From positions 2,010,001 through 2,042,000 of the forward strand of contig NZ_CP142525.1 in assembly GCF_051097895.1 (NCBI RefSeq): a stretch of DNA of 32,000 nt, in the 5' to 3' direction. Each line of letters begins with the position of its first letter. Position 1 is the first letter of the stretch. The stretch comes from Psychrobacter sp. HD31 (GTDB lineage: Bacteria > Pseudomonadota > Gammaproteobacteria > Pseudomonadales > Moraxellaceae). Below the pieces are notes generated by a model, which saw only the letters and a list, made by a program, of their open reading frames with translations, did no database searches and was not told the origin of the DNA. This document shows, piece after piece, positions 9,944-19,317 of the stretch. The position numbers and the translations under genes were made by a program.

Positions 9944-10478
9944 TGACAACGTCTCTAATAGTGAGATGTCCACTAGTCGTATTGCTGCTTTAAATGGTAA
10001 TCAGGCATTCAAATGGTATATTGTATCGCTGTTTATTTTAATTGCGGATCAAGCGAGCAAGTTGTTTTTTGAAAACTTGTTAGATTTGCATGAAACCATA
10101 TCTGTCATAGAACCCGTATTAAATTGGACACTTGCTTATAATCATGGTGCGGCGTTTAGCTTTTTAGCAGACCAAAATGGTTGGCAAAAATGGTTTTTTG
10201 CTGGTTTGTCTTTTGTCGTGTCTTTATTTTTACTTTGGTATATTAGAAAAGTGCCACGTAATGCAAACCTGCTATCGCTTGCAATGGCATTGATACTAGG
10301 CGGTGCGGTTGGTAACTTGATTGATCGTGTCTTGTATGGGCACGTCATCGACTTTATCCATGTCCATTATGCTGATGTTTGGCATTATCCCGTATTTAAC
10401 ATTGCCGACTGTGGTATTGTAATTGGTGTGTTTTTAATGGTGATTGATATGCTGTTTTTAGAAAGTAAACGCCAGTAA
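9936..10478 (+). CDS. lspA: Lipoprotein signal peptidase (signal peptidase II)
   Basis: The ATG at 9936 has GAGG 8 nt upstream and overlaps the ileS stop (ATGCCTAA). LspA motifs are present: [28 protein letters not shown]. Confidence 0.9.
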   Translation: MPNDNVSNSEMSTSRIAALNGNQAFKWYIVSLFILIADQASKLFFENLLDLHETISVIEPVLNWTLAYNHGAAFSFLADQNGWQKWFFAGLSFVVSLFLLWYIRKVPRNANLLSLAMALILGGAVGNLIDRVLYGHVIDFIHVHYADVWHYPVFNIADCGIVIGVFLMVIDMLFLESKRQ

Positions 10479-10493
10479 GTTGAAATAAGTGAA

Positions 10494-10533
10494 TAAAAAA
10501 GAGACTGATATAAAAATATCGGTCTCTTTTTTT
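10494..10533. terminator. Bidirectional rho-independent terminator between lspA and the convergent small ORF
   Basis: aaaaaa-AGAGACTGATA-taaaaa-TATCGGTCTCT-tttttt. This is an 11-bp stem with one G-U pair. Confidence 0.8.
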
Positions 10534-10567
10534 ACTATGCAATCACACAATAGTTATAAATCTTTAA

Positions 10568-10852
10568 CTATGAATCTTTTTTACGTAATTCTTGTAGCGC
10601 CATGTTAACAAAACTCCGTAGAGCCTTAAAGCTTGAGTCTGCTTCAGTCATGTGGGCATCGAGATTATCAATGGCGTTGTGCATTTTGTTTGCTTGACGA
10701 CTTTTTAGCTCATCCATTAAGGCGGTTAGGGTTTCTTCAGTTTCTTCAATTAAGCGATTAATTTCATCGTCTGATTTAATTGCAACATTATCTGCAATTT
10801 CATCAAGCGTATTAATTTGGCTGACAGTTTTTTTATGTAATTGTTCACTCAT
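10568..10852 (-). CDS. Small acidic all-helical protein of unknown function
   Basis: 94 aa, with a strong SD (AAGGGGG) upstream of the ATG. It lies 52 bp downstream of the Na/Pi cotransporter gene on the same strand. Heptad-like charged helices are visible (EINRLIEETEETLTALMDELK). I recognise no family. Confidence 0.55.
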   Translation of the reverse strand: MSEQLHKKTVSQINTLDEIADNVAIKSDDEINRLIEETEETLTALMDELKSRQANKMHNAIDNLDAHMTEADSSFKALRSFVNMALQELRKKDS

Positions 10853-10904
10853 CTTACGCCCCCTTACTTTTTACTTTCCTTGTTTACATTTTAACTGAAT
10901 TTTT

Positions 10905-12053
10905 TTATCCACTAATTGCGTAAGAGACACCTACACAAACGAGTGGAATAACAAAAAATACACCTAATATGTATACCATAGCATAAACTTTGTTATTTGA
11001 TGCCAAATTACCCAGCCATATGGCTAATTTTGGTGGAATTTCTCTTAAAAATGGGATTCCATAAATGACAGCGACCCCAAGCACGTTATAGGTTAAGTGA
11101 ATCATTGCAATGGTTAAAGCTGCCCTTGCATCGCCTTCTACGGCGGTAGCAGCAAGCATTGCAGTGATACAAGTACCAATGTTAGCGCCTAATGTAAATG
11201 GATAAATTTGCTTTAATGAAAATGCCCCTGAGCCTGCTAAGGGCACCATTAAGGAGGTAGTCGTTGATGATGACTGAACCAAAATCGTTATAAACGTACC
11301 TGAAGCAATACCACTGAGCGGACCACGACCAATCGTTGTGTGCATGATGTCTTTGGCACGTCCGACCATGAGTTGTTTGAGTAATTTGCCAATGTAAGAA
11401 ATTGCGACAAAAATTAAAGCCACCCCAATTAAAGCCAAAATGACACCAGATAAGGGCTGGTCAACAAAGTGCGTTAATTCTTTAAAAATATTAACGACAG
11501 GTTTTGTTGCTGCTTTTACAAAATTGAATGACTTTATAGAAACGGCATCGCCACCTATCATAAAGCCTGATAAGTAACTACCTATTTTTTCAAGTAAACC
11601 GAACATCATTTCTAGCGGTAAAAATATGATAACCGATAAAAGGTTAAAATAATCGTGCACGGTTGCAGCGGCAAAGGCACGCTTAAACTCTTCTTTATCA
11701 CGCACATGCCCCATAGATACAATGGTGTTTGTGATAGAGGTACCTACGTTTGCACCCATTACCATAGGTACAGCGGTAGCAACTGGCAAACCACCTGCAA
11801 CCAAACCAACAATAATGGAAGTAACGGTAGAAGACGATTGGATTAATGCGGTAGCAACGATACCAATCACCAGTCCCATAAATGGGTTAGTTGCAAAGGC
11901 AAACAATTGTTCTGCTTCACCTTTGGTTGCTCCCTTAAAGCCCGCTCCAATCATGCCAACAGCAGTAATCAAGAGATAAACTAAAGCGACAATGGCTATC
12001 CATTTTAAAATTTTCTTGCTTGAGTTTATTGGCATTTGGCTAGAGTCTGCCAT
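10905..12053 (-). CDS. Na+/phosphate cotransporter family protein (short form, no C-terminal PhoU-like domain)
   Basis: 382 aa and polytopic, with the duplicated QSSS(T)T motif (ALIQSSSTVTSI and ILVQSSSTTTSL) characteristic of the Na_Pi_cotrans family. Confidence 0.85.
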   Translation of the reverse strand: MADSSQMPINSSKKILKWIAIVALVYLLITAVGMIGAGFKGATKGEAEQLFAFATNPFMGLVIGIVATALIQSSSTVTSIIVGLVAGGLPVATAVPMVMGANVGTSITNTIVSMGHVRDKEEFKRAFAAATVHDYFNLLSVIIFLPLEMMFGLLEKIGSYLSGFMIGGDAVSIKSFNFVKAATKPVVNIFKELTHFVDQPLSGVILALIGVALIFVAISYIGKLLKQLMVGRAKDIMHTTIGRGPLSGIASGTFITILVQSSSTTTSLMVPLAGSGAFSLKQIYPFTLGANIGTCITAMLAATAVEGDARAALTIAMIHLTYNVLGVAVIYGIPFLREIPPKLAIWLGNLASNNKVYAMVYILGVFFVIPLVCVGVSYAISG

Positions 12054-12082
12054 AGAACACTCCTAAATATAAAACAACTTGT

Positions 12083-12130
12083 AAAAACGAACTAAGTCAG
12101 TCCATAGATCATATGTTGATGGACTGACTT
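12083..12130 (-). terminator. Probable rho-independent terminator after the dehydrogenase gene
   Basis: Perfect 12-bp stem AAGTCAGTCCAT/ATGGACTGACTT (12094-12105 and 12119-12130). On the minus strand it is followed by agttcGTTTTT. Confidence 0.6.
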
Positions 12131-12146
12131 TAAAATGAATCATGTT

Positions 12147-13034
12147 TTAGAGGAGGTTCCCTTTCTCATCATAATCATAAAAACCACTTCCAGACTCTCT
12201 GCCTGTTTTACCTTGTGCTAAAAAATTATTTTTTAACATAGCTACAAACTTTTTGGTAACGGGGTCGCCAGTTTGTTCTGCACGTGCAGACGTAACGGCA
12301 TACAAAGTTCTAAGTCCAATTAAATCCATAATTTCAAAAGGTCCTTTTGGCGAGCCAGTGGCAAGCTTCCAAACCTTATCTACATCTGCTGGGTCAGCAA
12401 CTTCTTTGGCATACAAGCCACAAGCGGCATGTAAAAATGGCACTAATAACGAGTTCATGATATAACCAGGTTGCTCTTTTTTAATAATAACGGGTGACAT
12501 TTGCATGGCTTTAGCAAACTCAAAAATGATGTTAACAGCTTCTGGGTTAGTTTTGGCAGTGCCCATGACTTCCACAATACGCATACGCCAAATGTCGTTA
12601 GCAAAATGCAGTGCTAAAAAGCGGCTTTCATCACCAGATGAGGCACTAAATTTACTGGGTAATAGCGTTGATGTGTTGGTTGTGAAAAGGCAGTTATCTT
12701 TTGTATAGTGACCAATGTCAGCCCATACGCTTTGTTTTAGTTGCAAGTTTTCTGGCACGCACTCAATAATCAAATCAGCGTTTGCAACCGATTGTTCTAG
12801 CTGGCAAGATTGAACCAGACGATCATTTGTTGCTGTGATTGTGCTATCTGCAACATTAAGGTTATTAGAATAAATGTCATCTAACTTAGCAAAACGATTT
12901 TTTGCAGCTTGAAGTGCTTCTTCATTAACGTCATAACTCACCACATCAAAGCCGGCAAAAGCACACTGATAAGCAATTTGTGCACCAAGTACACCAGCGC
13001 CAACCACAGTTACATGTTTTATGTTGGTCTGCAT
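12147..13034 (-). CDS. 3-hydroxyacyl-CoA / 3-hydroxybutyryl-CoA dehydrogenase family protein
   Basis: 295 aa. It has an N-terminal Rossmann motif VTVVGAGVLGAQIA and the family C-terminal domain (GFYDY near the end). Confidence 0.8.
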   Translation of the reverse strand: MQTNIKHVTVVGAGVLGAQIAYQCAFAGFDVVSYDVNEEALQAAKNRFAKLDDIYSNNLNVADSTITATNDRLVQSCQLEQSVANADLIIECVPENLQLKQSVWADIGHYTKDNCLFTTNTSTLLPSKFSASSGDESRFLALHFANDIWRMRIVEVMGTAKTNPEAVNIIFEFAKAMQMSPVIIKKEQPGYIMNSLLVPFLHAACGLYAKEVADPADVDKVWKLATGSPKGPFEIMDLIGLRTLYAVTSARAEQTGDPVTKKFVAMLKNNFLAQGKTGRESGSGFYDYDEKGNLL

Positions 13035-13334
13035 AGGACATTCCTTAATGTTTTATTAAATCATGTGTCATCAACACGTATTTCAGTGTTATTTTGGGTT
13101 TAATTTAAGTAAGCTAATTGTAACATGAATCGCTAAGAATCGTGGGTAATTTAATGCATATATTGTGCATACAAAGGTAGAAAAGGCTTAAGATTTATTA
13201 GTATAATGTTCAGAGGTTTTAATACAAAATAATATTGTTATTTGTATTTATTGCTGTTGTTATCACTTGTCGATAGATAGGTGTTTATAACATACCCTTA
13301 CTCTACTTTTTATATCATTAAAATAGCGAATATC

Positions 13335-13835
13335 ATGACTCAGCAAACGCAATTTATTAATCCAAATGATGACACAAGAATCACAGATAGCAGTCAAGTT
13401 GCCCTGCATTTTGAAGTGTTTTTAGATGATGGTACCGTGATTGATACCACTTTTAACCGAGATGAACCTGTGCAACTAACAATTGGTGATGAGAGCTTGC
13501 TAGAAGGTTTTGAAAAAGTACTTATGAATTTAAGAGCAGGTGATACGCGTACGGCACGTTTAGATGCCGAACAAGCGTTTGGAGAATGGAACCCAGATAA
13601 CGTACAAACCTTTAGTAAAGCGCAATTTGCTTTATCTGGTACCGATCCAGAAGTTGGTATGATGATGGAGTTTGAAGATAAAGGCAAAAACACATTACCC
13701 GGGGTAGTGAGTCAAGTCAGCGAAGATGAAATAGAAGTTGACTTTAACCACCCGTTGGCGGGTCAAGCAGTGAACTTCAAGGTGCAAATTTTTAGAGTTA
13801 CCCCTGCAGGAGAAACTGGGATAAATATACAATAA
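13335..13835 (+). CDS. fkpB: FKBP-type peptidyl-prolyl cis-trans isomerase (SlpA/FkpB-like)
   Basis: Collinear with E. coli FkpB: ...HF...LDDGT..., IGD.SL.EG.E..L..L..GD, VDFNHPLAGQ.V.F.V.I. I prefer the ATG at 13335 by homology. The longest ORF starts at GTG 13281. Confidence 0.75.
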   Translation: MTQQTQFINPNDDTRITDSSQVALHFEVFLDDGTVIDTTFNRDEPVQLTIGDESLLEGFEKVLMNLRAGDTRTARLDAEQAFGEWNPDNVQTFSKAQFALSGTDPEVGMMMEFEDKGKNTLPGVVSQVSEDEIEVDFNHPLAGQAVNFKVQIFRVTPAGETGINIQ

Positions 13836-13882
13836 GCCAATTATAACTGATTGTTATTTAGCTATATCTTATTTTAAAATTT

Positions 13883-13891
13883 TGTTATGAT
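13883..13891 (+). promoter_or_regulatory. Putative extended -10 promoter element (TGtTATGAT) for the ParA-like gene
   Basis: TGnTATGAT lies 42 nt upstream of the ATG at 13933. Confidence 0.3.
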
Positions 13892-13932
13892 GTGACCTTG
13901 AGTTTTAAAGATTAGTTGCATGGAGGATGGAA

Positions 13933-14727
13933 ATGAACACAGTATTAATCGCTAATCAAAAGGGCGGCTGTGGTAAAACTTCAGTAGCGGTGACTTTAGC
14001 GGCAGCATTAGCAAATCAAGGACAAAAGGTCGCACTAGTAGATGCTGACCCACAAAAATCAAGCTTATTGTGGTTAAAACAAAGACCTGGTACAGCCGCA
14101 CCCATTATGTCTGTTGATTGGCACGATGATGATGACATCGGTAATTTACCCAAAAAAGTTGAAAAAAAACTCGGCAAAAAAGATTGGTTAATTATTGATG
14201 CGCCTGGTTCACTTTCGGTTGATAAAGCAGCGAGCCTCATTAGTGAAACAAAAGCGGTCATTATCCCTGTGTTACCCTCAATTTTTGATTCAGATAGCAC
14301 CAAGCAATTTTTAAAATCCATTCAAGACATCAAACGTATCCGCAAAGGTAAAGTAAGTATCCATTTACTTGCTAATCGTGTTAAAGCAAAAGCAAATACC
14401 AGCCAAAGTCTAAAAAACTTTTTTGATAATATAGGTCAGCAACCATTGGCATGGATTAGTGAGCGTAATTTGTATCCACAAATGGCAGAGCAAGGCTTAG
14501 CAGTATTTGATAGAACTCAAAAAAGATACCGTGATATTCAGCTACAATGGCAACCTGTATTAGATGAGTTAATGCCAAAAGTTGCCAGTCAGTATGAAGG
14601 TATGTTAAAAGATGCAAAAATATCATCAGGGATTGCAAAACTAAATAAACAAAGTGCTGAGTCTCAAACAAATCAAGCTAACACAAAAGTTAGTAAAAAA
14701 ATAAATCATTCAACTTGGTATGAGTAA
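13933..14727 (+). CDS. Orphan ParA/MinD-family P-loop ATPase with a Lys-rich C-terminal tail
   Basis: Deviant Walker A NQKGGCGKTS, followed by VDADPQ and IIDAPG (Walker B region). I prefer the ATG at 13933, which has GGAGG 6 nt upstream. There is no adjacent parB-like gene. Confidence 0.8.
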   Translation: MNTVLIANQKGGCGKTSVAVTLAAALANQGQKVALVDADPQKSSLLWLKQRPGTAAPIMSVDWHDDDDIGNLPKKVEKKLGKKDWLIIDAPGSLSVDKAASLISETKAVIIPVLPSIFDSDSTKQFLKSIQDIKRIRKGKVSIHLLANRVKAKANTSQSLKNFFDNIGQQPLAWISERNLYPQMAEQGLAVFDRTQKRYRDIQLQWQPVLDELMPKVASQYEGMLKDAKISSGIAKLNKQSAESQTNQANTKVSKKINHSTWYE

Positions 14728-14775
14728 CCACTAGACTCATAATTAAGCAACGAGTTAGGTAAGGCAAAGGCAAAT

Positions 14776-15294
14776 TTGGCGATGGGTATTTGGATTACAG
14801 TTGGTATAGTATTGTTTGTGCTGGGTAGCATTATGGGGCTTAAGCCAAGTGGTATCGATCAACGTACCGACAAAGTACGCATGGCAGCTCGTAAACTAGC
14901 ATTAAACCCTAAATTGGTTGCTTGCCCAGATTGGCTTCGTGGCAAAGATGATGAATATGGACGAGGCATGATGGGGCAGTATGGTATTGTGGTTGAAGGA
15001 TATAAGATGCCACATGTGAGATATCATGCGGTAGATGGCAAATGGCGTCCTGTTACTATAGATGGTGATGTGGTCGATTTTAGTTTAGATAAAGTTGCAA
15101 TCGATTTGCCAGAAAATATCATCAAACATACCAAAGGGCTTGAAGCCAAAGCCAACAGCATTGTTCTTTATTGGGATGATGTTGCTTATGTGCGTCCTGC
15201 AACAAACCCAAGTTATCATGAAAAAAATATCGAAACAGATTTATATCCTATCACACAAAAGTTAACACAGTGGGCTAGCCTAATTATGAGCTGA
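14776..15294 (+). CDS. Hypothetical protein with a single N-terminal TM anchor
   Basis: 172-aa ORF. GIWITVGIVLFVLGSIMGL forms a TM helix, followed by a soluble domain of about 140 aa. An alternative start is the ATG at 14782. I recognise no family. Confidence 0.55.
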   Translation: MAMGIWITVGIVLFVLGSIMGLKPSGIDQRTDKVRMAARKLALNPKLVACPDWLRGKDDEYGRGMMGQYGIVVEGYKMPHVRYHAVDGKWRPVTIDGDVVDFSLDKVAIDLPENIIKHTKGLEAKANSIVLYWDDVAYVRPATNPSYHEKNIETDLYPITQKLTQWASLIMS

Positions 15295-15456
15295 TTATGA
15301 GTTAATTTTGTTAATTTACTTGCATATTCTTGCCAAATCCTTATCATCTCTCAACTAAACAAACATCGCTCTGCTTGAAATTTTTATTGACATCATCATA
15401 AATAGCATAGTAGTTTTTATATAGTATTTTTATTTTTGAGACTAGATTAGTTAATT

Positions 15457-18117
15457 ATGGCAAAAACAACCACTAAAAAAATATCGTCTACAACCAATAA
15501 AACAGGTGTAAAAGGGAAGTCACTTGTTATTGTGGAATCGCCTGCCAAAGCCAAAACCATTAATAAGTATTTAGGTAATGATTATATTGTGCGTTCGAGC
15601 ATTGGTCATGTACGCGATTTACCAACGGGTAGTAGCAATAAAAAGGCAAAAACCAAAGCGCAAGAAGCTCGTGAAGCCAAAATGACACGAGAAGAAAAAG
15701 CGCAAAATGCGTTAGTTCGCCGTATGGGTGTTGATCCAGAACACGGTTGGAAGGCAGTGTACGAAGTTTTGCCAAGTAAAACAAAAGTCATTAAAGAGCT
15801 AAAAAGCCTCGCAAAAGATGCTGACACTATTTACCTCGCTACCGATTTGGATAGAGAAGGGGAAGCCATTGCTTGGCATTTGCAACAAGTTATTGGTGGT
15901 AGCGATGATAAATACCAGCGTGTGGTATTTAATGAAATTACTAAAAACGCCATCCAAAATGCTTTTAAAGAACCCGGTAAGCTCAATACTGACCGTGTAA
16001 ATGCCCAGCAAGCGCGCCGTTTTTTAGATCGCGTTGTTGGTTTTATGGTCTCGCCTTTATTATGGGCAAAAATTGCCAGAGGGCTATCAGCCGGTCGAGT
16101 CCAATCAGTGGCTACTCGCTTAGTTGTAGAACGAGAGCGTGAAATTCGTGCTTTTGTACCAGAAGAATATTGGCAAATCCATGCAGATACCCTTGCCACG
16201 GCGAGCAAAACAGATACGCAACTTCGATTAGAAGCGGTTAAGCAAAATGGTAAAACCTTAAAACTTGCCAATAAACAACAAACCGACGAAATATTGGCAC
16301 TATTAAAAGATGCTGATTTTATTGTTAAAGATCGTACAGAAAAACCAACACAATCACGCCCATCCGCACCTTACATCACCTCCACGTTACAACAGGCAGC
16401 AAGTACCCGTTTAGGGTTTTCGGTTAAAAAAACCATGACAATGGCGCAGCGTTTGTATGAGGCAGGCTATATTACTTACATGCGTACAGACTCTACCTTT
16501 TTATCTGCTGATGCGTTAAATGCTGTAAGGGGCTATATTGGTGGCAACTTTGGTGATCAGTATGTGCCAGAAAAGCCTACTTTTTATGGCAGTCGCCAAA
16601 ATGCGCAAGAAGCGCACGAGGCAATTCGGCCATCTGATGTGAATGTTAAGTCTAATCAATTATCAGGTGTTGATAGAGATGCTCAACGTTTGTATGAGCT
16701 TATTTGGCGACAGTTTGTAGCGTGCCAAATGCCACCTGCAAAATATAAATCAGTTAATTTATTAGTCGATGCTAATGGTGTGGAACTAAAAGCACGTGGT
16801 CGTACCATGACGTTTGATGGTTACACCAAAGTGCAACCGCCTGCAAAAAATGATGACTCACTCTTGCCGGATGTTAAACAAGGCGAAAAGTTAAACCTTG
16901 TTAAATTAGACCCAAGCCAGCACTTTACTAAGCCGCCAGCAAGATATACCGAAGCAAGTTTAGTTAAAGAGTTAGAAAAAAGAGGTATCGGTCGTCCCTC
17001 TACTTATGCTGCGATTATTTCAACCATTCAAGATAGAGGCTATGTAAGGCTTGAAAATAAACGCCTATTTGCCGAAAAAATGGGTGATATTGTTACAGAA
17101 AGACTGGTAGAAAGCTTCCCTGATTTAATGGACTATACGTTTACTGCGGGTCTAGAAAATAAACTAGATGGCGTTGCGGACGGTGAGCAAAACTGGATTA
17201 GCGTTTTAGACAATTTTTATGGTGGTTTTAAAAATAAACTTGAGCATGCCAAACAAAAAGATGGCATGAGACCAAACAACCCAACGGATGTACCTGATAT
17301 CACGTGTGATAATTGTGGTCGCCCTATGCAGGTACGCACAGGTTCTACTGGTGTGTTTTTGGGCTGCACAGGTTATAACTTACCACCAAAAGAGCGTTGT
17401 AAGGGAACAAAAAACTTAATGGCAGTTGAGGCATTTGCAAATTTAGACAGTGCCGATAGCAAAGCTGAGGTGGATGCCGAAGTTAAAGACCTCATGGAGA
17501 AAAAACGCTGCCCTAAATGCGCGACCGCAATGGATGGCTATATTGTAGATGGTGGATTAAAATTACATATTTGTGGCAACAATCCAGATTGCGATGGTTA
17601 TACACTTGAAGAAGGCAAGTTTGAAGTGCCTGGCTCAGATGCCCCAACCATTGACTGCAATAAATGTGATGGGCAAATGGAGCTAAAATCAGGTCGCTTT
17701 GGTCCTTATTTTGCTTGCCAAAAATGCGACAACACCCGTAAAGTGATGAAAGATGGATCAGCTGCACCCCCTCGTATGGATCCAATAGACATGCCCGAGT
17801 TAAAGTCTCAAAAACATGATGATCATTATATTTTGCGAGAAGGGGCAGCCGGCATGTTCTTGGCGGCATCTAAATTTCCAAAAATTAGAGAGACTCGACC
17901 ACCTAAGCTGAGTGAGCTTCGTCCCATTAAAGATAAATTGGAAGAAAAATTTCATTATATTTTTGATGCGCCAGATGAAGATGCTGATGGTAATCCGACT
18001 ATTTTACGTTGGTCACGTAAAAACTCAGAGCAGTATATTGGCTCAGTAAATACCAAAACTAACAAAGCAACACGTTGGGGATTGTACTGGCGAAAAGGGA
18101 AATGGGTAGAAGAATAA
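15457..18117 (+). CDS. topA: DNA topoisomerase I
   Basis: 886 aa. It has the TOPRIM domain ([20 protein letters not shown]), the active-site region ITYMRTDS, and several C-terminal CxxC Zn-ribbons. Confidence 0.95.
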   Translation: MAKTTTKKISSTTNKTGVKGKSLVIVESPAKAKTINKYLGNDYIVRSSIGHVRDLPTGSSNKKAKTKAQEAREAKMTREEKAQNALVRRMGVDPEHGWKAVYEVLPSKTKVIKELKSLAKDADTIYLATDLDREGEAIAWHLQQVIGGSDDKYQRVVFNEITKNAIQNAFKEPGKLNTDRVNAQQARRFLDRVVGFMVSPLLWAKIARGLSAGRVQSVATRLVVEREREIRAFVPEEYWQIHADTLATASKTDTQLRLEAVKQNGKTLKLANKQQTDEILALLKDADFIVKDRTEKPTQSRPSAPYITSTLQQAASTRLGFSVKKTMTMAQRLYEAGYITYMRTDSTFLSADALNAVRGYIGGNFGDQYVPEKPTFYGSRQNAQEAHEAIRPSDVNVKSNQLSGVDRDAQRLYELIWRQFVACQMPPAKYKSVNLLVDANGVELKARGRTMTFDGYTKVQPPAKNDDSLLPDVKQGEKLNLVKLDPSQHFTKPPARYTEASLVKELEKRGIGRPSTYAAIISTIQDRGYVRLENKRLFAEKMGDIVTERLVESFPDLMDYTFTAGLENKLDGVADGEQNWISVLDNFYGGFKNKLEHAKQKDGMRPNNPTDVPDITCDNCGRPMQVRTGSTGVFLGCTGYNLPPKERCKGTKNLMAVEAFANLDSADSKAEVDAEVKDLMEKKRCPKCATAMDGYIVDGGLKLHICGNNPDCDGYTLEEGKFEVPGSDAPTIDCNKCDGQMELKSGRFGPYFACQKCDNTRKVMKDGSAAPPRMDPIDMPELKSQKHDDHYILREGAAGMFLAASKFPKIRETRPPKLSELRPIKDKLEEKFHYIFDAPDEDADGNPTILRWSRKNSEQYIGSVNTKTNKATRWGLYWRKGKWVEE

Positions 18118-18229
18118 TCACATAATAAAAATATGGATTTTTATATCAGCTTAATATAAAATTTACAGCTATTATTTTTTAAATAAGCTTTTATTTATAT
18201 AGTTTTTTATTTAATCTAAGGATGAATCT

Positions 18230-19171
18230 ATGACAACAACATTGAAGTTTTCTTTGGCTTTGGTGATACCTGCATTGCTAACAGCTTGTGCCAGTACGCA
18301 AACAGCATCCACACCGAGTAACAGTACGATGGCATCGGACATAACGCTTGAATTTAATGCCATCGCACCAAAGTTAGTAAGTGGTAAACCGCAATTAGCA
18401 GAGGTAACATGTCAAGATACTTATATGTTGGGTAATCCTGCTAAAGCAACAAAGCTTGCAGATTTAAGATTTTATGTGACCAACTTGCAAGTTACCACAA
18501 AAGATGGCAAAACATTACCAGTATCTTTAAAGCAAAATGATTTCCAGCAAGTAGATTTGGGTCTAATTGATTTAGAAAATGGTACAGGTTCATGTTCTGA
18601 TCGTGGTGATAGCTTATACAACAATCAACTAACTGGCACAATACCTGCGCCTTATACTGAAGCCGACATTCAAGGAGTTAGTTTTGACATTGGTGTACCA
18701 TCTGACAGAAACCATACGCTCGCAAACGATCCAAGAACAAAAGCCCCTCTAGATATTCAGGGTATGGCGTGGTCTTGGCAAATGGGGCGTAAGTTCTCTA
18801 AAATTGAACTCGCACCGCTTGATAAAGTGGCAATGAAAGATGGCACCATGGCAAAAATTTATAACTTACACCTAGGTAAAATGGGTTGTAAGGGCGATGC
18901 GACAAATGGTGAAGCAGTTAACTGTAAATATAATAATATTGCAACGGTAGACTTAAAAACCAGCACGCCATTGAGTCAAAACAATATCACTTTAAACCTG
19001 GCTAACCTGTATGCTAATAGTGATATTACAACAGATAAAGGCAAGAAAGCCGGCTGTATGTCATTTAAAGCGGATGGTGATTGTAAAGCTTTGTTTGAGC
19101 AAATGGGACTAGACTATCAAACGGGTACTAGCACGGGTAAGCAAAAAGTATTTAGCTTAAGCACTAAGTAA
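18230..19171 (+). CDS. mbnP: MbnP-family (four-Cys 'metallo-mystery pair') periplasmic lipoprotein, putative copper-binding
   Basis: Lipobox LLTAC. The blocks DLRFYVTNL, LIDLENGTGSC, GVPSDRNH and PLDIQGMAWSWQMGRKFSKIE match what I recall of the MbnP/TIGR04052 family pattern. The mature part has six Cys. It lies directly upstream of a di-heme MbnH-like gene. Confidence 0.7.
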   Translation: MTTTLKFSLALVIPALLTACASTQTASTPSNSTMASDITLEFNAIAPKLVSGKPQLAEVTCQDTYMLGNPAKATKLADLRFYVTNLQVTTKDGKTLPVSLKQNDFQQVDLGLIDLENGTGSCSDRGDSLYNNQLTGTIPAPYTEADIQGVSFDIGVPSDRNHTLANDPRTKAPLDIQGMAWSWQMGRKFSKIELAPLDKVAMKDGTMAKIYNLHLGKMGCKGDATNGEAVNCKYNNIATVDLKTSTPLSQNNITLNLANLYANSDITTDKGKKAGCMSFKADGDCKALFEQMGLDYQTGTSTGKQKVFSLSTK

Positions 19172-19207
19172 TCTAGTTTTACAGTTAATAGTTAATTAAT
19201 GTTTCTT

Positions 19208-19244
19208 AACCCTGCATTCTAGTATTCTGTTTGCAGGGTTTTTT
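19208..19244 (+). terminator. Rho-independent terminator-like hairpin between mbnP and mbnH
   Basis: AACCCTGCA-(15-nt loop)-TGCAGGGTT followed by TTTTTT, 37 nt after the mbnP stop. Confidence 0.6.
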
Positions 19245-19269
19245 AAATAATTTTTTATAGCCTTCTTTT

Positions 19270-19303
19270 TATAAAAGCAGTTTGTTTATAAAAGCAGTTT
19301 GGT
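19270..19303. repeat. 17-bp tandem duplication (tataaaagcagtttgKt x2, 16/17 identical)
   Basis: Read directly: 19270-19286 versus 19287-19303. It ends 3 nt before the AGGAG Shine-Dalgarno of mbnH. Confidence 0.9.
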
Positions 19304-19317
19304 CTAGGAGTCGTCAA

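Noticed and set aside
10905-10913. TTATCCACT, an 8/9 match to the DnaA box consensus; another near-match (GTATCCACA) lies inside the ParA-like gene at about 14472
   Set aside because: These are single isolated boxes inside or at the end of coding regions. There is no cluster, no AT-rich unwinding element, and no dnaA/dnaN context, so this is not an origin.
15387-15392. Perfect TTGACA -35 hexamer upstream of topA
   Set aside because: No acceptable -10 hexamer lies at 16-19 nt spacing (GTAGTT or TAGTTT only). The nearest TATAGT is 27 nt away, so I did not call a promoter.
15560-16271. Minus-strand ORFs of 70-146 aa inside topA, plus 17513-17869
   Set aside because: They are antisense shadow ORFs within a strongly supported topA frame, and I recognise no motifs in them.
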